This document shows, one piece after another, positions 8,228 to 16,462 of a DNA stretch of 32,000 nucleotides. Both the position numbers and the translations under genes were made by a program. A model generated the notes under the pieces. The model was not told where the DNA came from. It was given only the letters and a program-made list of their open reading frames with translations, and searched no databases. Origin of the DNA: Candidatus Saccharimonadota bacterium (lineage in GTDB: Bacteria > Patescibacteriota > Saccharimonadia > Saccharimonadales > UBA4665); the NCBI GenBank assembly GCA_003516025.1, contig CP023991.1:510001-542000 (forward strand), written 5' to 3'. Numbering within the stretch: position 1 is the first letter of the stretch; the number at the start of each line of letters is the position of its first letter.

Positions 8228-9211
8228 ATGAACCATAACCGGTTAGGTTGGCTGAAACGAATTGGAGCACCGCTCGTCGTAGGGGTGCTCCTGTTAACTG
8301 TAGTTGGCAATTTACAGGCTATTTCAGATTACGTTCGCCTGTATGGATATGAAGCGCCGTCATCAATTGCGGCCTTGGCTGCCGATACGACTATGACAGC
8401 GCAAGCCCGCCGGGTTTTCTATCTAAACCATCCTGAAGTAGATGACCGAGATGCCTTTAATAAGGCCTGCACCAGCCGGGGCGAGCAGACCATTGTGCTG
8501 GGCTGTTACCACTCTAAAGACCGTGGTATATTCGTATTCGATGTCGCCGATGACCGGTTGCCTGGGGTGGAACAGGTAACGGCCGCTCACGAGATGCTGC
8601 ATGCGGCGTATGACCGCCTGGGCACAAAAGAACGAAAATCCGTGAACACGCAATTGCAGGACTTCTACGATAACCATGTTACCGACAGCCGTATTCGTGA
8701 CACTGTAGCTGCTTATCAAAAATCTGAACCCAACGACGTCGTTAATGAAATGCACTCTATTTTCGCGACAGAAATAGCCCAACTCACGCCTGAGCTGGAA
8801 GCATATTATCAGCGTTATTTTACAGACCGGTCAAAGGTGGTACGGTTGGCTGACAGTTATCAGGCGGAGTTCACCAGCCGACAAAACCAGGTGGCAAGTT
8901 ACGATACGCAACTTGCCACGCTTAAAGCGCAGATCGACAACAATTCATCGACACTCAGACAACAGGAAACGGCTATCTCAGGCCAGCGTAAACAGCTGGA
9001 AACATATCGCTCAAGCGGGCAAACAGCCGCCTATAATGCCGCCGTGCCGGACTATAATACTGATGTAGATGCTTATAACCGACTGGTGCAGCAAACGCAA
9101 ACGGCTATTACCACGTATAACCAGCTGGTTGTTAAACGGAATAGTATAGCTATGGAAGTCAGGCAGTTAACGCAGTCTATAAGCAGCCAACCTGAGACGA
9201 TTAGCCAGTAA
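8228..9211 (+). CDS. Hypothetical membrane-anchored protein with HExxH...NExxS motifs and a C-terminal Q/T-rich coiled-coil-like region
   Basis: 327 aa. The N-terminal hydrophobic segment is IGAPLVVGVLLLTVVGNL. HEMLH is at aa 121-125 and NEMHS at aa 173-177. The C-terminal ~130 aa is rich in Q/T/A/Y with heptad-like character. Confidence 0.7.
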   Translation: MNHNRLGWLKRIGAPLVVGVLLLTVVGNLQAISDYVRLYGYEAPSSIAALAADTTMTAQARRVFYLNHPEVDDRDAFNKACTSRGEQTIVLGCYHSKDRGIFVFDVADDRLPGVEQVTAAHEMLHAAYDRLGTKERKSVNTQLQDFYDNHVTDSRIRDTVAAYQKSEPNDVVNEMHSIFATEIAQLTPELEAYYQRYFTDRSKVVRLADSYQAEFTSRQNQVASYDTQLATLKAQIDNNSSTLRQQETAISGQRKQLETYRSSGQTAAYNAAVPDYNTDVDAYNRLVQQTQTAITTYNQLVVKRNSIAMEVRQLTQSISSQPETISQ

Positions 9212-9248
9212 TTACTGTAGTATAGTAGATATATCAAAAAGGGGAGTT

Positions 9249-10604
9249 ATGGCGAAGAAACAAATGACCAGATTTGTCTGTACGAACTGCGCGGCTGCAA
9301 CCAGTGCCTGGGCTGGCCGCTGTCCCCAGTGCGGCGAGTGGAATACCCTGCAGGAAGAGGTGATAATAGCGACCACAGCTAGAGGCGGGCAGGTATCCTC
9401 AGGTAAGACATTGCAGCCGCAAGCTGTCAGCGAACTTGTCAAAGCCGACCAGAAGCGGTTAATAACCGGTATGCAGGACGTTGATGTTATCTTGGGCGGC
9501 GGCATTGTTGCCGGTAGTGTCAATCTTATTGCCGGTCAGCCGGGAATTGGTAAGAGTACGCTGCTGCTGCAATTAGCTTACGCGGTAGCCGGCCATGCCA
9601 GCGTCCTTTACGTGAGCGGCGAAGAATCAGCTCATCAAATTGGTCTCCGGGCAGAGCGCCTGGGGGCTACCCGTTCGAATTTACAGCTGGCAACCAGCAC
9701 ATCGGCCGATGACATCGCAGCTACTATCGCGGCTGCTACCTACGATCTGGTCATTGTTGATTCCGTGCAGACCATTGCGTGTAACGATGTCACGTCGAGC
9801 GCCGGTACGGTATCGCAAATTACTAACAGCACCCACTTAATTATGGCGGCAGCCAAGCAAGTCAATACAGCAGTTATCCTTGTGGGGCATGTCACCAAAG
9901 AAGGCGCCATTGCCGGGCCTAAAGTACTGGAACATGTCGTGGATGTAGTACTGCAGCTGGAGGGCGATCGTTACGGCGGCTTTAAGATACTTCGAGCCGT
10001 TAAGAATCGTTTTGGTTCGACCAGTGAGGCCGGTATTTTTGAAATGGCCCAGAACGGGCTTGTACCGGTTGATAACCCCTCTGCCGCCTTGCTTGAAGAG
10101 CGGCAGGTCAGTGATGGATCAGTTGTACTAGCGACACTTGAAGGCACCAGGCCGCTTCTCGTTGAGGTCCAGGCATTGGTGAATAAAACGAGCTACGGTT
10201 ATCCGAAACGGGCGGCGAGCGGTATTGACCTGAACCGCGTCAATCTTCTGATAGCTATGCTGGAACGCCGCACTAAACTTAATCTCGCCGAACAGGATAT
10301 ATATATTAACATCGTCGGTGGTATGCGCATTACCGAACCAGCAGCCGATCTCGCGGTTTGTATGGCTATCGGTTCTGCCGCGAAGGGTCTGCAGTTAAAA
10401 AAGAACGCCGTCGTCTTTGGGGAGATTGGCCTGTCGGGCGAAGTCCGCCATGTGCCGTTCGCTGATAAGCGGGTCAACGAGGCCAAAAAACTGGGCTTTG
10501 AGGCTGCTATCGGCCCCAAGCTGAAGAGCGGCCCAAGCGACGCCTTTCTTATGCCGGTACCTAGCGTACGTGAAGCGCTCAATCAGTTCTTAGAAAAAGA
10601 ATAG
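9249..10604 (+). CDS. radA: DNA repair protein RadA/Sms
   Basis: 451 aa. Has a C4 zinc finger (CTNCAAATSAWAGRCPQCGEWNT), Walker A GQPGIGKST, the KNRFG motif and a Lon-protease-like C-terminal domain. A GGGGAG SD lies upstream. Confidence 0.93.
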   Translation: MAKKQMTRFVCTNCAAATSAWAGRCPQCGEWNTLQEEVIIATTARGGQVSSGKTLQPQAVSELVKADQKRLITGMQDVDVILGGGIVAGSVNLIAGQPGIGKSTLLLQLAYAVAGHASVLYVSGEESAHQIGLRAERLGATRSNLQLATSTSADDIAATIAAATYDLVIVDSVQTIACNDVTSSAGTVSQITNSTHLIMAAAKQVNTAVILVGHVTKEGAIAGPKVLEHVVDVVLQLEGDRYGGFKILRAVKNRFGSTSEAGIFEMAQNGLVPVDNPSAALLEERQVSDGSVVLATLEGTRPLLVEVQALVNKTSYGYPKRAASGIDLNRVNLLIAMLERRTKLNLAEQDIYINIVGGMRITEPAADLAVCMAIGSAAKGLQLKKNAVVFGEIGLSGEVRHVPFADKRVNEAKKLGFEAAIGPKLKSGPSDAFLMPVPSVREALNQFLEKE

Positions 10605-10616
10605 AATAAACATAAA

Positions 10617-10655
10617 ATCAAAAACCTCTCTACGGTGCGTGGAGAGGTTTTTGAT
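10617..10655. terminator. Bidirectional intrinsic terminator between convergent radA and the PBP gene
   Basis: A perfect 14-bp inverted repeat, ATCAAAAACCTCTC (10617-10630) and GAGAGGTTTTTGAT (10642-10655), with an 11-nt loop. A/T runs occur on both sides, giving a U-tract in either orientation. Confidence 0.6.
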
Positions 10656-10675
10656 TTCTACAGGCAAGATACTAC

Positions 10676-13600
10676 TTAGCGTTTAAAGCTTACTGTACCT
10701 GACTTACCACTTGAATCAGTTACCGTAGCGGTGTAGTTGCCGTTATTATTTAAGCCATTAAATGTAACGCTGTCGCCGCTAACTGTTTGGTCGGGGTGCG
10801 TGCCCGGGCCGCTTAACCTGACAGTGTAACTGGGCTTACCGCCGTTCCACATAATTGTCACGGAATTGCTGCCAGAGTTCTGTGAGGTTACGGTTAAATT
10901 TTCAGCTGCCGCCTGCGCTTCAAAGGTCGCCGTATCGCTGGCCTGGTACAATACGCTGTCAATTACCTGGGCGGTAATCGTCGTACTACCGCCGGACGAC
11001 GGCACATAGGTGAATGATACTGTGCTCGGAGAATCGCTGACCGTAGCCGTCTTGACAGTCTGGCCGTTAATAGTGAAGTTTACGGTGCCCGGGAACTGTG
11101 AGCGCGTACCATCTGACAGCGGGAAGGAGCCTTGGGCGACGGTCGCGGTGATAGTACAGCCGCCGTCGTCCGCAGAGCAGCTGTCAGGCGCGGTGATAGT
11201 TATCGTCGGTGGTGAATCACTACAGTTATGGACGTCGTCGGTCGCGGTATTGCTGGTAGTCGACGAACTATTGGAAGATGTGCTGGCTACAGCACTGCCG
11301 CCATGCCATTTATCAACGTTCCAGGTATTGACGTTGCTATTACCCAGTGTCTGCCGGGCTAGGGTTGGCGTACAGTTGGTAGCGACATGCCCGGAGACTC
11401 TATCGGTGGTCAGAGTGGTGTTGCCGCCCTTCGCCTGATACCAGGACGGGAAGAGATCATTCGACGGGCTTGGCTCAACGGAACCGAGTCCGATATGGTT
11501 GCGTACCACGTAGGCGCCCTGCGTTTTAATGCCAGTCGGTGCCGTCCAGGCCTCGGGCTTCAGGTTGGCGTGCGCCGCTTCCATCCAGCCGCGGGTGATT
11601 GGGGCTGTCAAGTTTTCCATGGCACCGGCAGTTAAGGCTTTCTGACGTGTGTGGTATCCAACCCATGAAGCAACGGCGTACTGGGTTGACCAGCTAGTCA
11701 TCAGACCATCGTAGTTGTCGTTCGTCGTACCGGTTTTGATAGCGAATTTCCAGCCGTTTTTTTGCGTATGGAACTTCATGTTGGCATTAAGGTAACTGGC
11801 ATTGGGATCGCTGGCCATCTGGCTGACAATGTAGGCGGAATCAGGCTTGATGATCTGCTGGGCTTTTGGCTGCTTGTATTCCATGATCGGCTTGCCGCTG
11901 CCGTCGTTGATCTTCATGATGTAGGTCTTGGGAATATAGGCGCCGTTACGCGATATACTGGCCAGGCCGTTCACATGCTCGTCCAGCTTCACATACGCGC
12001 CGTCACCGATGGCTGATGAACCGTAGCATTCGGTTTTGTCACTTGCTTTGGCGTTGTTAACGTCGGTACCCGGCAGGTAACAGCTGTAGGAATCGTTGTT
12101 GCCCTGGCCGCCCATAAGCTCGTTCATCATTTTGACGGTCTTGTCTGTACCGACGGTCAGCATAGCTTTTACCGCTGGAACGTTACGGGAACCACCCAGG
12201 GCGTAGCGCAGAGTTATAGGTCCTGGATACTGGAAGTCATAATCCCACAGGCACTTTTTAGAGCCGGATGGATCATCGGACTGCTTAACGGATGGGCGAG
12301 TCTTGTCGGTACATGGATAGCCTGGAATTGCATCTTGCGAGTCGTACAGCACTGAACCGGCACCAACATTGTTGTTATAGTTAATCAGCGCGGCGTAATC
12401 ATATGGTTTCACGCTGGAGCCGGGGGATACTTTTTGCGTTGAGGCGAAGTTCAGGAAACCGTGATCTTCATTGCCGAAGTCGATACCACCGACCAGTGAT
12501 ACGATCTGACCGGTTTTGACATCTTCGGCTACGAAAGCTGCCTCATCACCACCGGCACGACGGATGGCCGCCGCGTCAGCGTTAACTTTGTCTTCGGCGA
12601 CTTTCTGCAAGTCCATATTGAGTGTCGTAATGACTCGCCAGCCACCGCGTTTAACGGTCTCGGAGCCATATTTCTTTTCAAGTTCTGATTTAGCTGACAG
12701 CACGAAGTAAGGCGCCAGAATATTCTGGTACTTTTGTTTGATAGGCTGAATGGTAGACAACAGGTCGACTTTCTTAGCTTCTTCGGCCTGGTCTTTCGTA
12801 ACCATGCCTTGCTCGACCATCAAGTCCAGCACGTAATGCTGCCGGTTCGTGAGGGCTTCGCTATCGAAGTTGTCTTCCGAGACGGCCGGGTTATATTTAG
12901 GACTGCTATACGGAGAGAATGAGCCCGGAGCCTTCGGGATGGCCGCCAGGAAAGCAGCCTGCGCCAGTGTCAGATTCTTAGCTGTCGTACCGAAGTAATC
13001 GCGGGCAGCTGATTCAACACCATATTCGACACCGCCATAGGGCGCGATGTTGAGGTAACCCGTTAAGATGTCTTGCTTTGAGTATTCACGCTCCAGTTCA
13101 ACTGCTAAGATTAACTCTTTGACTTTACGGGTAATGGTCCGTTGATCCGTCCACTGCTGGTTTAACTTTACTAACTGCTGTGTAATAGTTGATCCACCCT
13201 CGGCAGCGCTACCCTGTACGACGTCCTTGGCACCGGCGCGGATAATACCGCTGACATCAAAAGCGCCATGTTTGTAGAAATTCTTGTCTTCAACGGCAAC
13301 GGTAGCCTGACGAATGAAATCGGATTGTTCTTTGGTTTCAACGGGAATGCGTTTAACACCATCGTAATCCTGCCAGAGTACTGTCGTTCCGGTCCGGTCA
13401 TAGTAGGTAATACTACCGCCGAGCTTGTCGCCGGATATGTCTTTAATCTTTGGTAGATCCTTACGGAAATAGGCAAAAACACCTACGGCCAGGAAGAAAC
13501 AGACCACGATGCCGACACCGGTGATTTTGAGGGCCATCAGGCCGCCTTCACGACTAAACCAGTACTTTGCCAGGTGGCGTGGATTGAGCCGGGCGGCCAA

Positions 13601-13807
13601 GCGCTTCCAAGGGTTTTTTGGCAGCGTGCTTAAGTAAGCCGCTTTGCGAGCCGCTCTAGCATTTTTGCTGGCCTTCATGCGTTCGCCGAGGCTTTGATTT
13701 ACTTTGATTTGTTTTCCGCTTTTAGTTGTGTAGACGTTTTTGTTTGGTCGACGGCGGCTTTGGTCGGCTCGGTTTGACCCGTCCGGTCCGCGGTTGCTTT
13801 TATCCAT
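10676..13807 (-). CDS. Class A penicillin-binding protein (bifunctional glycosyltransferase/transpeptidase) with a C-terminal Ig/FN3-like extension
   Basis: 1043 aa. Has a basic cytoplasmic tail and one TM segment (ITGVGIVVCFFLAVGVFAYF). GT51 motifs are EDKNFYKHGAFD and GGSTITQQL. Transpeptidase motifs are SxxK (SSVK), SRN and KTGTT. A Ser/Thr-rich linker and beta-rich repeats follow about aa 840. Confidence 0.9.
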   Translation of the reverse strand: MDKSNRGPDGSNRADQSRRRPNKNVYTTKSGKQIKVNQSLGERMKASKNARAARKAAYLSTLPKNPWKRLAARLNPRHLAKYWFSREGGLMALKITGVGIVVCFFLAVGVFAYFRKDLPKIKDISGDKLGGSITYYDRTGTTVLWQDYDGVKRIPVETKEQSDFIRQATVAVEDKNFYKHGAFDVSGIIRAGAKDVVQGSAAEGGSTITQQLVKLNQQWTDQRTITRKVKELILAVELEREYSKQDILTGYLNIAPYGGVEYGVESAARDYFGTTAKNLTLAQAAFLAAIPKAPGSFSPYSSPKYNPAVSEDNFDSEALTNRQHYVLDLMVEQGMVTKDQAEEAKKVDLLSTIQPIKQKYQNILAPYFVLSAKSELEKKYGSETVKRGGWRVITTLNMDLQKVAEDKVNADAAAIRRAGGDEAAFVAEDVKTGQIVSLVGGIDFGNEDHGFLNFASTQKVSPGSSVKPYDYAALINYNNNVGAGSVLYDSQDAIPGYPCTDKTRPSVKQSDDPSGSKKCLWDYDFQYPGPITLRYALGGSRNVPAVKAMLTVGTDKTVKMMNELMGGQGNNDSYSCYLPGTDVNNAKASDKTECYGSSAIGDGAYVKLDEHVNGLASISRNGAYIPKTYIMKINDGSGKPIMEYKQPKAQQIIKPDSAYIVSQMASDPNASYLNANMKFHTQKNGWKFAIKTGTTNDNYDGLMTSWSTQYAVASWVGYHTRQKALTAGAMENLTAPITRGWMEAAHANLKPEAWTAPTGIKTQGAYVVRNHIGLGSVEPSPSNDLFPSWYQAKGGNTTLTTDRVSGHVATNCTPTLARQTLGNSNVNTWNVDKWHGGSAVASTSSNSSSTTSNTATDDVHNCSDSPPTITITAPDSCSADDGGCTITATVAQGSFPLSDGTRSQFPGTVNFTINGQTVKTATVSDSPSTVSFTYVPSSGGSTTITAQVIDSVLYQASDTATFEAQAAAENLTVTSQNSGSNSVTIMWNGGKPSYTVRLSGPGTHPDQTVSGDSVTFNGLNNNGNYTATVTDSSGKSGTVSFKR

Positions 13808-13920
13808 GGAATTATATGTACTCCCGTCCCATTCCTAATTAGTCTGTAAGCATTATAGCAAACCGAACCTGAAAAAGAGCGCTATGTTTTTCATGATTTA
13901 GATACAATACGGCCAGTCAT

Positions 13921-13948
13921 TTACTGAGGTAAACACCTAGGGTATACT
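13921..13948 (+). promoter_or_regulatory. Candidate promoter for tyrS with leaderless geometry
   Basis: TTACTG (13921-13926), 16-nt spacer, TATACT (13943-13948). The ATG at 13956 is 7 nt downstream of the -10 and no SD is present. Confidence 0.4.
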
Positions 13949-13955
13949 TAAACTT

Positions 13956-15203
13956 ATGACACTCTCTGAAGAACTATCATGGCGCGGATTCGCTAACCAG
14001 ACTACCTATAAAGAGCTGACCCAATTAGATGGTGAGCCGGTCACGTTTTATTTCGGGGTTGATCCCAGCGCGCCTTCCATGACTATCGGTAATATGGCTG
14101 CCGCTATGATGGTAAAAACTTTTATTAAGCATGGCCATAGGGCAATTTTGCTGGTGGGAGGTGCTACCGGACTGATTGGCGACCCGGACGGTAAGGCTGA
14201 TGAACGTAATTTAAAGACGCTTGATGAGATTGACGCCAACAAAAAGGCGATCGCGGCCCAGTATCACGGACTATTCCAAGGTTATGATTTCACTGTTGTT
14301 GATAATTACGACTGGTTTAAAGGTATTGATTATTTAGGTTTCCTGCGCGATGTCGGTAAGCACGTTCCAATGCGCCAGATGGTGCAGCGTGAGTTCGTGC
14401 AATCACGCCTTAGCGAAGGCGGCGCGGGCATTAGCTACGCCGAGTTCAGCTACGTACTGATTCAGGCGTACGACTTCCTGCATTTGTACCGTGAGCATGG
14501 AGCAACCCTGCAACTATGCGGCTCCGACCAGTGGGGTAACAGTATTGCCGGCGTTGACCTGATACGACGTATCGAAGGCGGCGAAGCTCATGTATGGTCT
14601 ACTCCGCTTGTTATTAATAAGGCAACCGGTAAAAAGTTTGGTAAGAGCGAAGAGGGAGCGGTATGGCTTGATCCGGATCGTACGTCACCCACCGCCTTCT
14701 ATCAGTTCTGGATCAACGCCGATGACGCGGGCGTAGAGGACTATCTCAAGATATTCACCGAGCTGGATAAAGGCGAGGTTGACGAGATAATGGCCGCTCA
14801 CCATTCAGATCGTGCGGCCCGCATAGCTCAGACGCATCTGGCGCGTGAGGCGACTACGCTCGTACATGGCGCCGAGGCCGCCCGGTTTGCCGAAGTTGTT
14901 ACCGGTTATTTAACCGGCATGCAACCGATCGGTGAAGCCGATGAGGCGGTACTGAGTGAAATCCGCGAACAGATACCGGCAGTTTCGGTCAAAGTCGGCG
15001 ACCGGCTTGACGCCGCATTACTGCACACCGGTTTAGCCAGCTCGCTGACGGAAGCCCGCCGACTACTTGCCGATAACGGAATTGCCCTCAACGGCGTTAA
15101 GACAAGTTCTGAAACCTTTACTGACGCTGATTTCCAGAATAACCGCATTTTGCTCCGTAAAGGTAAGAAGTATAAAGACTCAGCCCTGGTCGAGCTAGGG
15201 TAA
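13956..15203 (+). CDS. tyrS: Tyrosine--tRNA ligase (bacterial type with C-terminal S4 domain)
   Basis: 415 aa and collinear with remembered Bacillus/E. coli TyrRS. Shared segments are LLVGGATGLIGDP, FLRDVGKH, FSYVLIQAYDF, GSDQWGN and KFGKSEEGAVWLD (the KMSKS equivalent), then FYQFWIN. The HIGH position reads TIGN. Confidence 0.9.
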   Translation: MTLSEELSWRGFANQTTYKELTQLDGEPVTFYFGVDPSAPSMTIGNMAAAMMVKTFIKHGHRAILLVGGATGLIGDPDGKADERNLKTLDEIDANKKAIAAQYHGLFQGYDFTVVDNYDWFKGIDYLGFLRDVGKHVPMRQMVQREFVQSRLSEGGAGISYAEFSYVLIQAYDFLHLYREHGATLQLCGSDQWGNSIAGVDLIRRIEGGEAHVWSTPLVINKATGKKFGKSEEGAVWLDPDRTSPTAFYQFWINADDAGVEDYLKIFTELDKGEVDEIMAAHHSDRAARIAQTHLAREATTLVHGAEAARFAEVVTGYLTGMQPIGEADEAVLSEIREQIPAVSVKVGDRLDAALLHTGLASSLTEARRLLADNGIALNGVKTSSETFTDADFQNNRILLRKGKKYKDSALVELG

Positions 15204-15221
15204 TGATATACTAAGGAAAGC

Positions 15222-16016
15222 ATGCAGACGCCCCGATCACAGCGCCCATCAGACTCTCCAACAACTAAAAAAGTTGACCAGTATAACGATCCTCATCACG
15301 ACTATGTAAAATATTGGGACGGCCGTGATTATGAACACCAAGCCGAAGAAATGGCGGTAAAGCGTTTACTCGACGGACGCCATTTTGAGCATGCCGTTGA
15401 TGTCGGTGGCGGCTACGGACGTTTAAGCGTGCTGCTGAAGCAGTTCGCTGACAAAGTCTCATTGGTAGATCCAAGCCATAAACAACTGACATTCGCGGCT
15501 GATTATCTTCAGGATCATCCCGATATTGAGCGCCATGAAATGCCGGCCCATAATCTTCGATTCGCCGACGGCAGCGTTGATCTGGTAGCCATGATTCGTG
15601 TCATACACCACTTACCTGATCCGACTCAGGAATTGCAGGAAATCGCCCGTATATTGCGGCCTGGCGGCTACGCGGTAATAGAAATCGCGAACTATATGCA
15701 CGCTCGTAACCGCTTACGACACTTGGTGCATCACCAGAAGATCGCCGCGATGCCGGTTGATATACGCAGTAAGGCGCATCAGCGGGAAGATGAAATTCCG
15801 TTCGTAAACCACAATCCCCGTGAAATAACCCGACAGTTATCAGCCGCCGGCCTGAACGTGGAGCGAATTTTGTCCGTATCCAACCTGCGGAGCACCGGTC
15901 TCAAGAAAGTAATGCCTAAACGGGTGATGCTCGCTATAGAGGGTGTACTGCAGCCGACGCTGGCGAAAAGCTACTTTGGCCCCAGTGTCTTCTTTTTAGT
16001 CAGGAAGCAAGCCTGA
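15222..16016 (+). CDS. Class I SAM-dependent methyltransferase
   Basis: 264 aa. Motif I is VDVGGGYGRL. Post-I is acidic (LVDPS). LRPGGYAVIE is also present. An AAGGAAAG SD lies upstream. Confidence 0.75.
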   Translation: MQTPRSQRPSDSPTTKKVDQYNDPHHDYVKYWDGRDYEHQAEEMAVKRLLDGRHFEHAVDVGGGYGRLSVLLKQFADKVSLVDPSHKQLTFAADYLQDHPDIERHEMPAHNLRFADGSVDLVAMIRVIHHLPDPTQELQEIARILRPGGYAVIEIANYMHARNRLRHLVHHQKIAAMPVDIRSKAHQREDEIPFVNHNPREITRQLSAAGLNVERILSVSNLRSTGLKKVMPKRVMLAIEGVLQPTLAKSYFGPSVFFLVRKQA

Positions 16017-16453
16017 TGCGCCGAACAATACGGGTACGGGGTATTATTGAGCACCACGGTAAGTATTTATTCGTCAAACACGCCCCGGCCAGTGATTATT
16101 GGGCACTTCCCGGCGGCCACGTTGAGCCCGGTGAATCAGTTATAACCGCCATGGAACGCGAGATCATCGAAGAGCTTGGCGTTAAGCCGAAGCTTGGCAG
16201 GGTGCTGTATATTAACCAGTTTTTTACCAATACCGTTGAATCACTTGAACTGTTCTTTGACGTAACTAATGGCGGTGACTTTGTATCCTTGGATCTTGAT
16301 GCCACTAGCCATGGCCGGCTGGAATTGTCGGCAGTCGCTTTTATTGACCCCCGGCAGGAGCGTATTCTGCCGGAGTTTCTGTCGCATCTTGCTGAGGACA
16401 GCCAAACTACTGACTGGCCAAAAGTTTTTGTCGATGACCACCGTTCCGTATAA
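16016..16453 (+). CDS. NUDIX hydrolase
   Basis: 145 aa. The Nudix box is GGHVEPGESVITAMEREIIEELG (GX5EX7REUXEEXGU). The start overlaps the upstream stop (TGATG). Confidence 0.8.
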   Translation: MRRTIRVRGIIEHHGKYLFVKHAPASDYWALPGGHVEPGESVITAMEREIIEELGVKPKLGRVLYINQFFTNTVESLELFFDVTNGGDFVSLDLDATSHGRLELSAVAFIDPRQERILPEFLSHLAEDSQTTDWPKVFVDDHRSV

Positions 16454-16462
16454 TAATGACTA

